From Ilumatobacteraceae bacterium (GTDB lineage: Bacteria; Actinomycetota; Acidimicrobiia; Acidimicrobiales; Ilumatobacteraceae), in NCBI GenBank assembly GCA_049458915.1, contig JBMUCX010000001.1:389-64388 (forward strand): a DNA stretch of 64,000 nucleotides, in the 5' to 3' direction. This document shows positions 45,705-53,551 of the stretch, in pieces (the stretch's first letter is position 1; every line of letters starts with the position of its first letter). Below the pieces are notes generated by a model. It ran no database searches, was not told the DNA's origin, and saw nothing but the letters and a program-made list of their open reading frames with translations. The position numbers and the translations under genes are program-made.

Positions 45705-46571
45705 TCACGGCTGACCGCCCTTGGTCTTGAATTCCCACCAGAATCCACCATCGGCGAGCGTCGTGCCCTGTTCGTTGATCGCACGGACCTGCCACTCGTA
45801 GTTGGTGGTCGCACCGAGTGGTCCGGCGAGCGTGACGCTCGTTCCGGACTCCGACGACCACACACCCCCGTCGCAGGAGTTGTTCAGCGTGTTGTCGAGG
45901 CACCACTCGTACCGGTCCGCGTCGGCGGAAGGATTCCAGCGCAGGGTCAGACCCGTCCGGTTCTGGCCGCCAGCGCCGGCGGTCGGAGTGACCTTCCCGA
46001 ATGTGCCCGGCAGACCTGGAACGGTGGTCGTGGTCGTCGTGGTCGTCGTCGTCGGGATCGTCGTCGTGGTCGTCGGCGACACCGTGGTTCCCGGTGCTTC
46101 GGCGAAGATGTCGAAGTCGACGCGCCAGTCGTCCACCCACGCCCCGTAGCTGTACGTCGGCACGTCGACGAGCACCTCGACACTACGGTTGCGCTCGCCG
46201 GTCGAGTCGACGATCAGGTGGTACGTGAGCACCGTCAGGTGCCCGCCACTCGACGCCACACGGGCACACTCGGCCGTGATCGTCGATCCGTTGTCGACGA
46301 GCGACGCCGGGTAGGCGACCGAGTTGTAGGTCGGGGATTCACCGCAGGTGGTGTACGGATCGACCGTCCGCTTCGCGAACTCCTCGACGACCCACGAGGC
46401 CACGTTCGAGGCATCGATGTTCGACAACGTCCGGTCGGAGGTGACCCCCGCGGTTCGCAACCCGGCCGTGGCGTAACTCGCGATCGCCATGACGATGGCC
46501 GCCATCACCACGGTCAGGATCAGGGTGAGGACCAGGGTGGACCCCTCGTCGCGCTGTCGCGGTGCCATCAT
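45705..46571 (-). CDS. PilX_N-like pseudopilin with a poly-Thr linker and a C-terminal FN3-like domain
   Basis: The N-terminus is MMAPRQRDEG|STLVLTLILTVVMAAIVMAIASYA. The linker is TTTTTIPTTTTTTTTTT. The C-terminus is LTLRWNPS...YEWCL...YEWQVRAINEQG. The ATG overlaps the upstream stop as ATGA. Confidence 0.65.
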   Translation of the reverse strand: MMAPRQRDEGSTLVLTLILTVVMAAIVMAIASYATAGLRTAGVTSDRTLSNIDASNVASWVVEEFAKRTVDPYTTCGESPTYNSVAYPASLVDNGSTITAECARVASSGGHLTVLTYHLIVDSTGERNRSVEVLVDVPTYSYGAWVDDWRVDFDIFAEAPGTTVSPTTTTTIPTTTTTTTTTTVPGLPGTFGKVTPTAGAGGQNRTGLTLRWNPSADADRYEWCLDNTLNNSCDGGVWSSESGTSVTLAGPLGATTNYEWQVRAINEQGTTLADGGFWWEFKTKGGQP

Positions 46572-48196
46572 CCCCAGAAGATCCCGTCCGTTGCGAAGAA
46601 GGCCCGCTCGTCACTGAGGTCGCGGCCGTACATGTAGAAATCGCGGGCGATGACTCCACCAGCGATGCTCGTGTAACTCGTCACCGTGGCGTACGGGGCG
46701 AACACCGTTCCAGCAAGGCTCACCGAACCCACCGCAGGCGCCCGGATGATGACCTCCGCCGCCGACGGGAAGTTCCAGATCACGTGCACCGTGCTCTGGC
46801 CGAGACCGAGGATCGTGGGCGGCACGAACTCCACCGTCGCGCCTGCCTCACTGGCCACATTGATGATGAGCGGAGCGTCCTGGCTCACCACATTGGCCGG
46901 CAGATCGATCTGTTCCCCGGCGAGATCGGCGAGGTTGCTCGGCTCCATGTTCAGCACGTTCGCCGAGTCATCGGTCAGGTCCAGATAAATGGGTTCGTCG
47001 CTCGCCGTGCCGTCGAAGTCGTTCGGAATGACCGAGTGGAACGAGCAGGTTCGGTCGCAGCTCCTCGGCAACTGGGCCAGCCGCTCGGAACACAAGGTCA
47101 ACTCGTAGAACGACAAGCCGGGCTCGAGCGGCAACGGCCCTTGGGTGTCCTCGACACTGGCCTGGCTGGTCGACTGCACGATGATCCGCGGTCGGTCGGG
47201 CGGGCCGGGGGCATCCGACTCGAAGATCGTGATCTCGCTCGTGGGATTTCCGAGTTCGTCGAGCGTCGGGACGACGTGGTGGTCGTTGCCGATCCGCACG
47301 TCGAAGCCGGGCTTCACCGTCACCGATCCGGACGAACCACCCCAGTTGATCGCAGTCGCCATGAGTCCGAGACCGGCGGGCACAGGTGCATCAGCGTCCT
47401 GAGGTTGGGCCTGCGCAACCTCGACCGCTCCGTCGAACGTCAGCGTTCCGCCGACGTACAGAGCGCTCTTGACGGACGTGCCCGAGAGGAAGACGTCGCC
47501 GATCACGAAACTGGCGATGTTCGCCGCGGCCGCCAGTGGCTGCCCGTCGCACAAACCCGTGGTGGCGTACGGGTTCTCGGGCCGAGGTGCCGCATGGAAG
47601 GTTTCGAGTCGTCCTCGCTGGACGTAGTCGATCCGAACCGTGTCGACTCGCCGATACGCATCCTCGGCGACCACGACCTCGGCCCGGTGCAGCGGCTCGG
47701 CACCCTCGACCGGCAGGTCGAGCGAGTCGGCGATGTTGACCCGCACGACTTCTTCCCACCCGGTGTCGGTCAGATTGCAGACGTATCGGTCGATGCGCGC
47801 CGACGACCTCGAGTCGGGCACCTCCAAGCGGTAGGCGATCCGTTCGTCGTCGGCCACGTCGATCCGCAGGAGGTTCTCGTTGCCGGATTCGGCGCAGCCC
47901 GATCCGCTGTCACCCCCGGCCCCACCGATGGTGGCCCGGTAATCGACCGGATCGAGCGATCCCGAGCCGACGTCGAGCGGGAAATAGTTGACGACCTGCC
48001 GTGTGTCCTGCGCCTCGGCAGTGGACACGACCACACCTTCCTCCGTCCGGAAGATGACGACCACGGCCGCCGCGATCACTCCCGTGACGAGTGTGAACAT
48101 CACGATCGTCACGATGATCTCGACGAGCGTGATACCAGCGTCACGTCGCTGCTCGTCGGGAGCTCCACTCGTGGTCATCGTGGTCATCGTGCTCAC
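46568..48196 (-). CDS. Large prepilin-type N-terminal domain protein (PilW-position) with a choice-of-anchor-A-like passenger domain
   Basis: The N-terminus is ...DEQRRDAG|ITLVEIIVTIVMFTLVTGVIAAAVVVI. The C-terminal region VHVIWNFPSAAEVIIRAP...GTVFAPYATVT...GGVIARDF resembles choice-of-anchor A by recall. The start is GTG 48196 (GTGA overlap) or ATG 48187. Confidence 0.65.
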   Translation of the reverse strand: MSTMTTMTTSGAPDEQRRDAGITLVEIIVTIVMFTLVTGVIAAAVVVIFRTEEGVVVSTAEAQDTRQVVNYFPLDVGSGSLDPVDYRATIGGAGGDSGSGCAESGNENLLRIDVADDERIAYRLEVPDSRSSARIDRYVCNLTDTGWEEVVRVNIADSLDLPVEGAEPLHRAEVVVAEDAYRRVDTVRIDYVQRGRLETFHAAPRPENPYATTGLCDGQPLAAAANIASFVIGDVFLSGTSVKSALYVGGTLTFDGAVEVAQAQPQDADAPVPAGLGLMATAINWGGSSGSVTVKPGFDVRIGNDHHVVPTLDELGNPTSEITIFESDAPGPPDRPRIIVQSTSQASVEDTQGPLPLEPGLSFYELTLCSERLAQLPRSCDRTCSFHSVIPNDFDGTASDEPIYLDLTDDSANVLNMEPSNLADLAGEQIDLPANVVSQDAPLIINVASEAGATVEFVPPTILGLGQSTVHVIWNFPSAAEVIIRAPAVGSVSLAGTVFAPYATVTSYTSIAGGVIARDFYMYGRDLSDERAFFATDGIFWG

Positions 48197-48807
48197 CCCT
48201 CGCCGTCCGGTCCGTTGATGCCGGGCGTGAGTTCGACATCGACCTCGCCCGGTTCGAATGCGCCCGGAGGAGCCGGCGGGATCGGCCCGCACGGGAGCAC
48301 CTCACACGGCGGTGGTGCGAGCGGACGCTTGACGACCTTCGCCGCGCGTGACGAATCACCCAGCGTCGCGCGCAGCTCCACTTCCTGAAGGCGATGCGCC
48401 GTGGTGCACCCGCTCACGAAGGCACTTCCGTTCCAGAAGCGAACGGCCACGACCTCGATCTTGCCTCGGCCGCCTTCGGCGAGTTCGGCCTGGATGACGT
48501 CTCGATAACTCGTCGCCACGTCCGTACCGGAATCGCAGGCGACGAACGGGACGAGTTCGGGGTACGTGTCACCGACGAGCACGCTCGCCTCCGAGAGCAG
48601 CGACTGGATGTCGGCGACCTCGTCGCTCGTACGTGCTCCCACGGTTGCCGCCGACATCGAGGCGAGCACCGCCACGCCTGCCGTCCCGAGCAACACGATC
48701 GCGACCAGCAACTCGAGGAACGACGCGCCGAGGTCGCGCGGCCGCACGGACCCGGAGTCGACGCTCCCGGGGTTCGGACTGGTGGTGGTCGGGACGGTGG
48801 AGGTCAT
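48193..48807 (-). CDS. Prepilin-type N-terminal cleavage/methylation domain protein (minor pilin/pseudopilin-like)
   Basis: The sequence is ...VRPRDLG|ASFLELLVAIVLLGTAGVAVLA, with Glu at +5. Paired Cys residues lie in the globular part and the tail is Pro-rich. A shorter leader is possible from the internal GTG (VDSGSV...). Confidence 0.7.
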   Translation of the reverse strand: MTSTVPTTTSPNPGSVDSGSVRPRDLGASFLELLVAIVLLGTAGVAVLASMSAATVGARTSDEVADIQSLLSEASVLVGDTYPELVPFVACDSGTDVATSYRDVIQAELAEGGRGKIEVVAVRFWNGSAFVSGCTTAHRLQEVELRATLGDSSRAAKVVKRPLAPPPCEVLPCGPIPPAPPGAFEPGEVDVELTPGINGPDGEG

Positions 48808-48968
48808 ACCGGTACGGTCATGCGGGAGATGGTCAGCCAGTGGCAGCGCGGGCCAGGAGGTTCCGCACTTGACGGATACTAGCCACCGGTGACCGACGAA
48901 TCAGTCAAGATCTCGTTCCGGCCACCACCGAGCCGGTCGGAGCAGCCACCCACGGTCGGAGAACGCGG

Positions 48969-50705
48969 TCACATGACGGCCGGGGCATCGATGCCGAGCA
49001 GGCCGAGTGCGTGCTCGAGCGTTCGCGCCGTGACATCACACAGCGCCAGGCGGCTCGAACGAACCGGCTCGTCGGCCTTCATCACCGGACAGTGCTCGTA
49101 GAAACCCGTGAAGTCCTGTGCCAGTTCGAACAGATACGTGCACAGGCGATGCGGGGCGTAGCCATCCGTCGTATCCGCCACGACCGTCGGATACGCGAGG
49201 AGCCGGATCGCCAGCGACCGCTCCTGCGCCGTGTCGAGCGCGATTCCGCTCCCTCGGACGCTCGCCCGGTCGACGCCGGCCCGACGGAAGATGGAGCAGA
49301 TGCGTGCGTGCGCGTACTGCAGGTAGGGCGCCGTGTTGCCGTCGAAGGCGAGCATCCGATCCCAATCGAACACGTAGTCCTTGATCCGATCGGTCGACAG
49401 ATCCGCGTACTTCACCGCACCGATGCCGATCATCCGAGCGATCTCGGCCCGCTCCGCCGTCGACAGGTCGGGGTTCTTCTCGGCGACCGCATTGGCTGCG
49501 CGGTCGACGGCCTCGTCGAGCAACTCGATGAGCTTGACCGAGTCGCCCGATCGGCTCCGCAACATCTTGCGGTCCTCGCCGAGCACGCTCCCGAACGCAA
49601 TGTGCACGGCCTCCGCCGGGGACCGCAACCAGCCGGCCATACGAGCCACTTCGAACACCATCTCGAGATGCTGGGACTGCGGAGCGCCGACGACGTAGAG
49701 CAGCAGATCGGCGCCGAGTCGTTCGACGCGATCGATGACACACGTGAGGTCGCTGGTGGCGTAGTTGAAGCCTCCGGTGCGGGCCTGGACGATCAGCGGC
49801 AGCGGTTCGTTGTCACGGTTGGTGAACCCCGGCGGGAACACGACGGTCGCGCCATCGCTCTCCTCGAGCAAGCCGCCGGCCCGGAGACGCTCGATCGTCT
49901 CGGGCATCTTCGGCTGGTACACGGACTCTCCCGCCAGGTCGTCGTCGGTGAGTTGCACCCCGAGGCGGGAATAGATGGTGTTGAAGTATTCGGCGGACAT
50001 CCGGCACAGCCGCTGCCACAGGGCGATGGTGCCGGGGTCGTACGCCTGGAGCAGGACGACCCGCTCACGCGCCCGGGCCTGGAACTCCTCGGAGTCGGCG
50101 AACTTCGCATTGGCCGCCTTGTAAAAGGCGTCGAGATCGCCCTGCTGCATCCCTTCGGCGGCGACGTCCTCGCCGATGTCCAGGAGGTGCTCGATCAGCA
50201 TGCCGAACGGACGACCCCAGTCACCGATGTGGTTCTCGCGGATCACGGTGTGGCCCTGGAACTGCAGCAGGCGGACGATCGCATCACCGATCACCGTCGA
50301 TCGGAGGTGACCGACGTGCATCTCCTTGGCGACATTGGGTGCCGAGTAGTCGACGACGGCGGTCCGCATCGTCGACGCCACCGGCACGCCGAGTCGCTCG
50401 TCGACCGCGACCTCGGCGAGTCGGCTCGCCAGGAACGAATCGTCGAAGGTCAGGTTCACGAAGCCGGGTCCGGCGATCTCGACGGCGCTGCAGACACCCT
50501 CGAGCACTCCGGAGTCGACGACCCGCTGTGCGATCTCGCGCGGGTTGGACCCGAGTTGCTTCGCGAGCGGAAGCGCACCGTTGATCTGGGCGTCGGCACG
50601 GTCGCTGGGCCGGACCACGGCATCGGCCGGTGATCCGGCGATGTCGGCGAACACCGGGGCGAGCAGGTCGGAGACGATGGTGATCGGGTCGGCCACGGCC
50701 GCCAT
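48969..50705 (-). CDS. argS: Arginine--tRNA ligase
   Basis: The HIGH-type motif (NVAKEMHVGHLRS) and the anticodon-binding C-terminal domain ending in ...APAVM are present. The start is at ATG 50705; the track ORF extension upstream runs through the tRNA gene. Confidence 0.93.
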   Translation of the reverse strand: MAAVADPITIVSDLLAPVFADIAGSPADAVVRPSDRADAQINGALPLAKQLGSNPREIAQRVVDSGVLEGVCSAVEIAGPGFVNLTFDDSFLASRLAEVAVDERLGVPVASTMRTAVVDYSAPNVAKEMHVGHLRSTVIGDAIVRLLQFQGHTVIRENHIGDWGRPFGMLIEHLLDIGEDVAAEGMQQGDLDAFYKAANAKFADSEEFQARARERVVLLQAYDPGTIALWQRLCRMSAEYFNTIYSRLGVQLTDDDLAGESVYQPKMPETIERLRAGGLLEESDGATVVFPPGFTNRDNEPLPLIVQARTGGFNYATSDLTCVIDRVERLGADLLLYVVGAPQSQHLEMVFEVARMAGWLRSPAEAVHIAFGSVLGEDRKMLRSRSGDSVKLIELLDEAVDRAANAVAEKNPDLSTAERAEIARMIGIGAVKYADLSTDRIKDYVFDWDRMLAFDGNTAPYLQYAHARICSIFRRAGVDRASVRGSGIALDTAQERSLAIRLLAYPTVVADTTDGYAPHRLCTYLFELAQDFTGFYEHCPVMKADEPVRSSRLALCDVTARTLEHALGLLGIDAPAVM

Positions 50706-50800
50706 TGTGCCCGCCCCCGTGACGAGTTGTGTCAGGCACGCTCCGTCGCGCTCGCGATCACGGTGCGCCGGGGGACCCGTCCCGGTAGATTCGCCGTGCC

Positions 50801-50872
50801 CGCCCTCGTAGCTCAGGGGATAGAGCATCGGCCTCCGGAGCCGTGTGCGCAGGTTCGAATCCTGCCGAGGGC
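50801..50872 (+). tRNA. tRNA-Arg (anticodon CCG)
   Basis: Manual cloverleaf: acceptor stem GCCCTCG/CGAGGGC, D stem GCTC/GAGC, anticodon loop CTCCGGA, T arm GCAGG-TTCGAAT-CCTGC. CCA is not encoded. Confidence 0.88.
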
Positions 50873-50912
50873 ACTCACTGGCGACCTCCCCGGAGAGCCA
50901 CTCCAGCCGCAA

Positions 50913-51539
50913 TCATCCCGGGTCGTCTCGGGCGGTGGGCGAATCGTCGAGGCACGGCGGCAGATCGACGAGTCGCCAACCGTCTCCGTCGTACTCGAAC
51001 CGCCACGACACCGACTCGTCCGGGGTCGGCCGATCAGCCACTCGGATCCGAACCCGTGCCCGGACCGTCGCCCGGTCTCCGTCGAACACGACGCTCATCG
51101 ACCCGAGTTCGAACCGGGCTTCCTCCCTGAACCGGAAGAGCGCCCCGTCGACTCGCTCCCGGACTCGATCGTGCACTTCGTCTCGGAGGCGGTCGCGGTC
51201 GCGATCGCCACAGGCATGGAGCACCGCTCCGAGCGACAACCGGATCTCGGTCCGCTCCCGCTCCCGGTCCGGCAAGCTCACCGCTGCCGAACCACTCGAC
51301 GACGTGCTCGACGAACCACTCGACGACGTGCTCGACGAGGAACCGACGACGTCGGTCGACACGATCGAACCCGAACCTCCGGACGAACCGTCGGCACAGC
51401 CCGGAGCGAGGAGCACTGCGGCGACGAGCACCGATGACCCGAACAGCCATCGGCGCGGAGCCCGTCCCGGGGAGTCCGGTGCACGACCGAGAGGAGATCG
51501 GACCGAGCAGGGCGGGTCGCTGCCACGCGTCGTCGACAT
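50913..51539 (-). CDS. Putative lipoprotein with a Ser/Thr-rich repeat
   Basis: The signal and lipobox-like segment is SSVLVAAVLLAPGC. A 24-bp tandem duplication at about 51290-51340 encodes SSSTSSSG twice. The start is uncertain. Confidence 0.5.
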   Translation of the reverse strand: MSTTRGSDPPCSVRSPLGRAPDSPGRAPRRWLFGSSVLVAAVLLAPGCADGSSGGSGSIVSTDVVGSSSSTSSSGSSSTSSSGSAAVSLPDRERERTEIRLSLGAVLHACGDRDRDRLRDEVHDRVRERVDGALFRFREEARFELGSMSVVFDGDRATVRARVRIRVADRPTPDESVSWRFEYDGDGWRLVDLPPCLDDSPTARDDPG

Positions 51540-51603
51540 GTACGAAGCATGAACCGAGGAGACGACTCCCGGCAGGGGCGATCGGCGGTGATCGAGGTCG
51601 AAT

Positions 51604-52143
51604 TCAGCGGTTCATCAACTGCTCGAACGACACGAGCCAGTGCACCCCGAGTTCGTCGATCACCCGGGGCTCGGTCTTGCACACCATCACCGATGCTCCG
51701 ACGTAACGCGCCCCGGCCGATTCGACGAGCTCTCGAACCGCACGAGCTGAACTGCCGGTCGTGATCCAGTCGTCGACGACGAGCACCACGTCGTCCGGTC
51801 CGAGGTCCCACGACCGGCTCTGAAAAAGCTCGCTCGTCCCTCGCCACGTCGGAGCCGATTCCACCCGGCGATCAGCACCCGGGTGATTCCGCTCGTCCTT
51901 GCGGACGAGCACCAACCCGGCACCGAGTTCGACGGCGACGAGGGCGCCGAGGATGGGCCCGCGGGCCTCCGGCGCACAGACCGCCGTCACCCCCGTCCGG
52001 CGAAAGGGCTCTGCCAACGCCGGTCCGAGGATCGACAACAACTCCGCATCGCGCAACACACCCGCCACGTCCGGATGCTCGTTCACCAGCGGAAAGCCTT
52101 CGACGAGCCGGGTGACGGCACGGGAACGGTCGGAACGACGCAC
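51604..52143 (-). CDS. Phosphoribosyltransferase (adenine PRT-like)
   Basis: The PRPP-binding motif is VVLVVDDWITTGSS. The protein is 179 aa from the GTG at 52143; the longer track ORF overlaps the rhodanese gene. Confidence 0.75.
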   Translation of the reverse strand: MRRSDRSRAVTRLVEGFPLVNEHPDVAGVLRDAELLSILGPALAEPFRRTGVTAVCAPEARGPILGALVAVELGAGLVLVRKDERNHPGADRRVESAPTWRGTSELFQSRSWDLGPDDVVLVVDDWITTGSSARAVRELVESAGARYVGASVMVCKTEPRVIDELGVHWLVSFEQLMNR

Positions 52144-52188
52144 GATCCGAGTCTGACCCGACCGGGCGCACTGCGCGACACTGGAACG

Positions 52189-52635
52189 ATGGCCGACGCA
52201 CACCCCGACGACCCACGCCCGCGCATCACGCTCGATCAGATGGTCGCCGACGCGAAGGCGCGCATCGAAGAACTCACCGTCGAGCAGCTGCAGGCCGAGA
52301 TCGAGGCAGGCGACGTCACCGTGATCGACATCCGAGACGTCCGCGAGCGTTGGGAGAAGGGCGCCATCCCGGGCGCCAAGTCGATGCCCCGCGGGATGCT
52401 CGAGTTCTGGTTCGCGCCGGAGTCGCCCTACTTCCGTGGCGGCCTCGAGTTCGACCGCCGGTACGTGCTGCACTGCGCCGGAGGCCAGCGCTCGGCGCTC
52501 GCCGCGGCCGTGCTCCAGGACCTCGGCTACACCGACGTGGCCCACCTCGAAGCCGGATTCAACGGGTGGAAGGCAGCAGGCGCCGCCGTCGAACAGGTCG
52601 AACCCGACCCGAAGTACTACCCACCCAGGGACTGA
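52189..52635 (+). CDS. Rhodanese-domain sulfurtransferase
   Basis: The active-site loop is HCAGGQRS, in a 148-aa protein. Confidence 0.85.
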   Translation: MADAHPDDPRPRITLDQMVADAKARIEELTVEQLQAEIEAGDVTVIDIRDVRERWEKGAIPGAKSMPRGMLEFWFAPESPYFRGGLEFDRRYVLHCAGGQRSALAAAVLQDLGYTDVAHLEAGFNGWKAAGAAVEQVEPDPKYYPPRD

Positions 52636-53360
52636 TCGTCCGCGTCACCGACCTCGAGGAGCGCATCGAGCAACGAACTCGCTCCGAGCCGGAACGTGCT
52701 CCGCTCCAGATACGACGATCCCATCACCGATTCGGCGAGCGTCAGGTACTCCTCGGCATCGGCCGAGGTCCGGAGACCACCCGACACCTTCAGCCCCACC
52801 GGCCGCCCAGCTCGCTGGATCTCTCCCAGCATCACACGAACCGCTTCGGGTGTGGCCGACACGGCCGACTTCCCCGTCGACGTCTTCAGGAAGTCGGCTC
52901 CGTGGTCGATCGCGAAGGCGGCCGCCTGCCCGATCAGGGTCTCGTCGACCAACTCGCCGGTCTCGAGGATCACCTTCATGAGCGCCACGCCCTCCGTGGC
53001 GGCCCGGACCGCAGCGAGCACCGTTCCGGAACGCGCCCGTTCGCCCGCTGCGAACGACCGGTACGGCAGCACCACGTCGATCTCGTCGGCACCGTCCGAC
53101 AGCGCCCGTTCGACGAGGAGGGACGTGGCGTGTGCACGTTCGTCTCCCGTCGGGAAGTTCACGACCGTGGCGACCGACGGGCTGTGGCCCGCCAGCGTCG
53201 CCGTCGCTCTGGCGACGAAGTCCGGCCACACACAGACCGCCGCCGTCCCGGCCACCAGCGCCCGGGTGCACAGCGTGTCCACCTCGTCCGACGTGCAGCC
53301 GTCCGAGAGGTTCGTCAGGTCGACGAGCGAAACGGCGAGCCAAGCGCGGCGCATGTCCAT
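52617..53360 (-). CDS. deoC: Deoxyribose-phosphate aldolase
   Basis: VCVWP, VVNFPTG, KVILETGEL and the Schiff-base Lys in FLKTSTGK are present. The start is ATG 53360. Confidence 0.88.
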   Translation of the reverse strand: MDMRRAWLAVSLVDLTNLSDGCTSDEVDTLCTRALVAGTAAVCVWPDFVARATATLAGHSPSVATVVNFPTGDERAHATSLLVERALSDGADEIDVVLPYRSFAAGERARSGTVLAAVRAATEGVALMKVILETGELVDETLIGQAAAFAIDHGADFLKTSTGKSAVSATPEAVRVMLGEIQRAGRPVGLKVSGGLRTSADAEEYLTLAESVMGSSYLERSTFRLGASSLLDALLEVGDADDQSLGG

Positions 53361-53503
53361 CCGCACATGTTGCCACTTCTGAGAGTGCTGCTCACAACAG
53401 TTGACATCGGAACGGGCTTCGGCACCCCCCGACTCCCCCGACTCCACCCGACGGCACGCGACAGCACGCTCGGCGAGCGGAGCGACACTTGACCCGGCGA
53501 AGC

Positions 53504-53517
53504 CGAAAGCGCTTACA
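53504..53517. promoter_or_regulatory. Candidate LacI/GalR-family operator half-palindrome upstream of the LacI-type regulator
   Basis: The reverse complement reads TGTAAGCGCTTTCG, against the idealised TGTAAGCGCTTACA (12 of 14 positions). It lies 35 nt upstream of the regulator ATG, in the deoC/lacI divergent region. Confidence 0.4.
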
Positions 53518-53551
53518 TGAAGCTTCCCTCCGACACGAGCGAGCACGAGCA

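Noticed and set aside
48876-48908. TTGACT ... TAGTAT promoter-like hexamers upstream of the pilin-like operon (minus strand)
   Set aside because: The spacing is 21 nt, too long for a sigma-70-type promoter. TAGTAT alone fits the loose actinobacterial -10 pattern TAnnnT, but that is not enough evidence to call a promoter.
50706-50912. N-terminal extension of the argS ORF (MRLEWLSGEV...)
   Set aside because: The extension reads through the complement of the tRNA-Arg gene. ArgS homology begins at the ATG at 50705.
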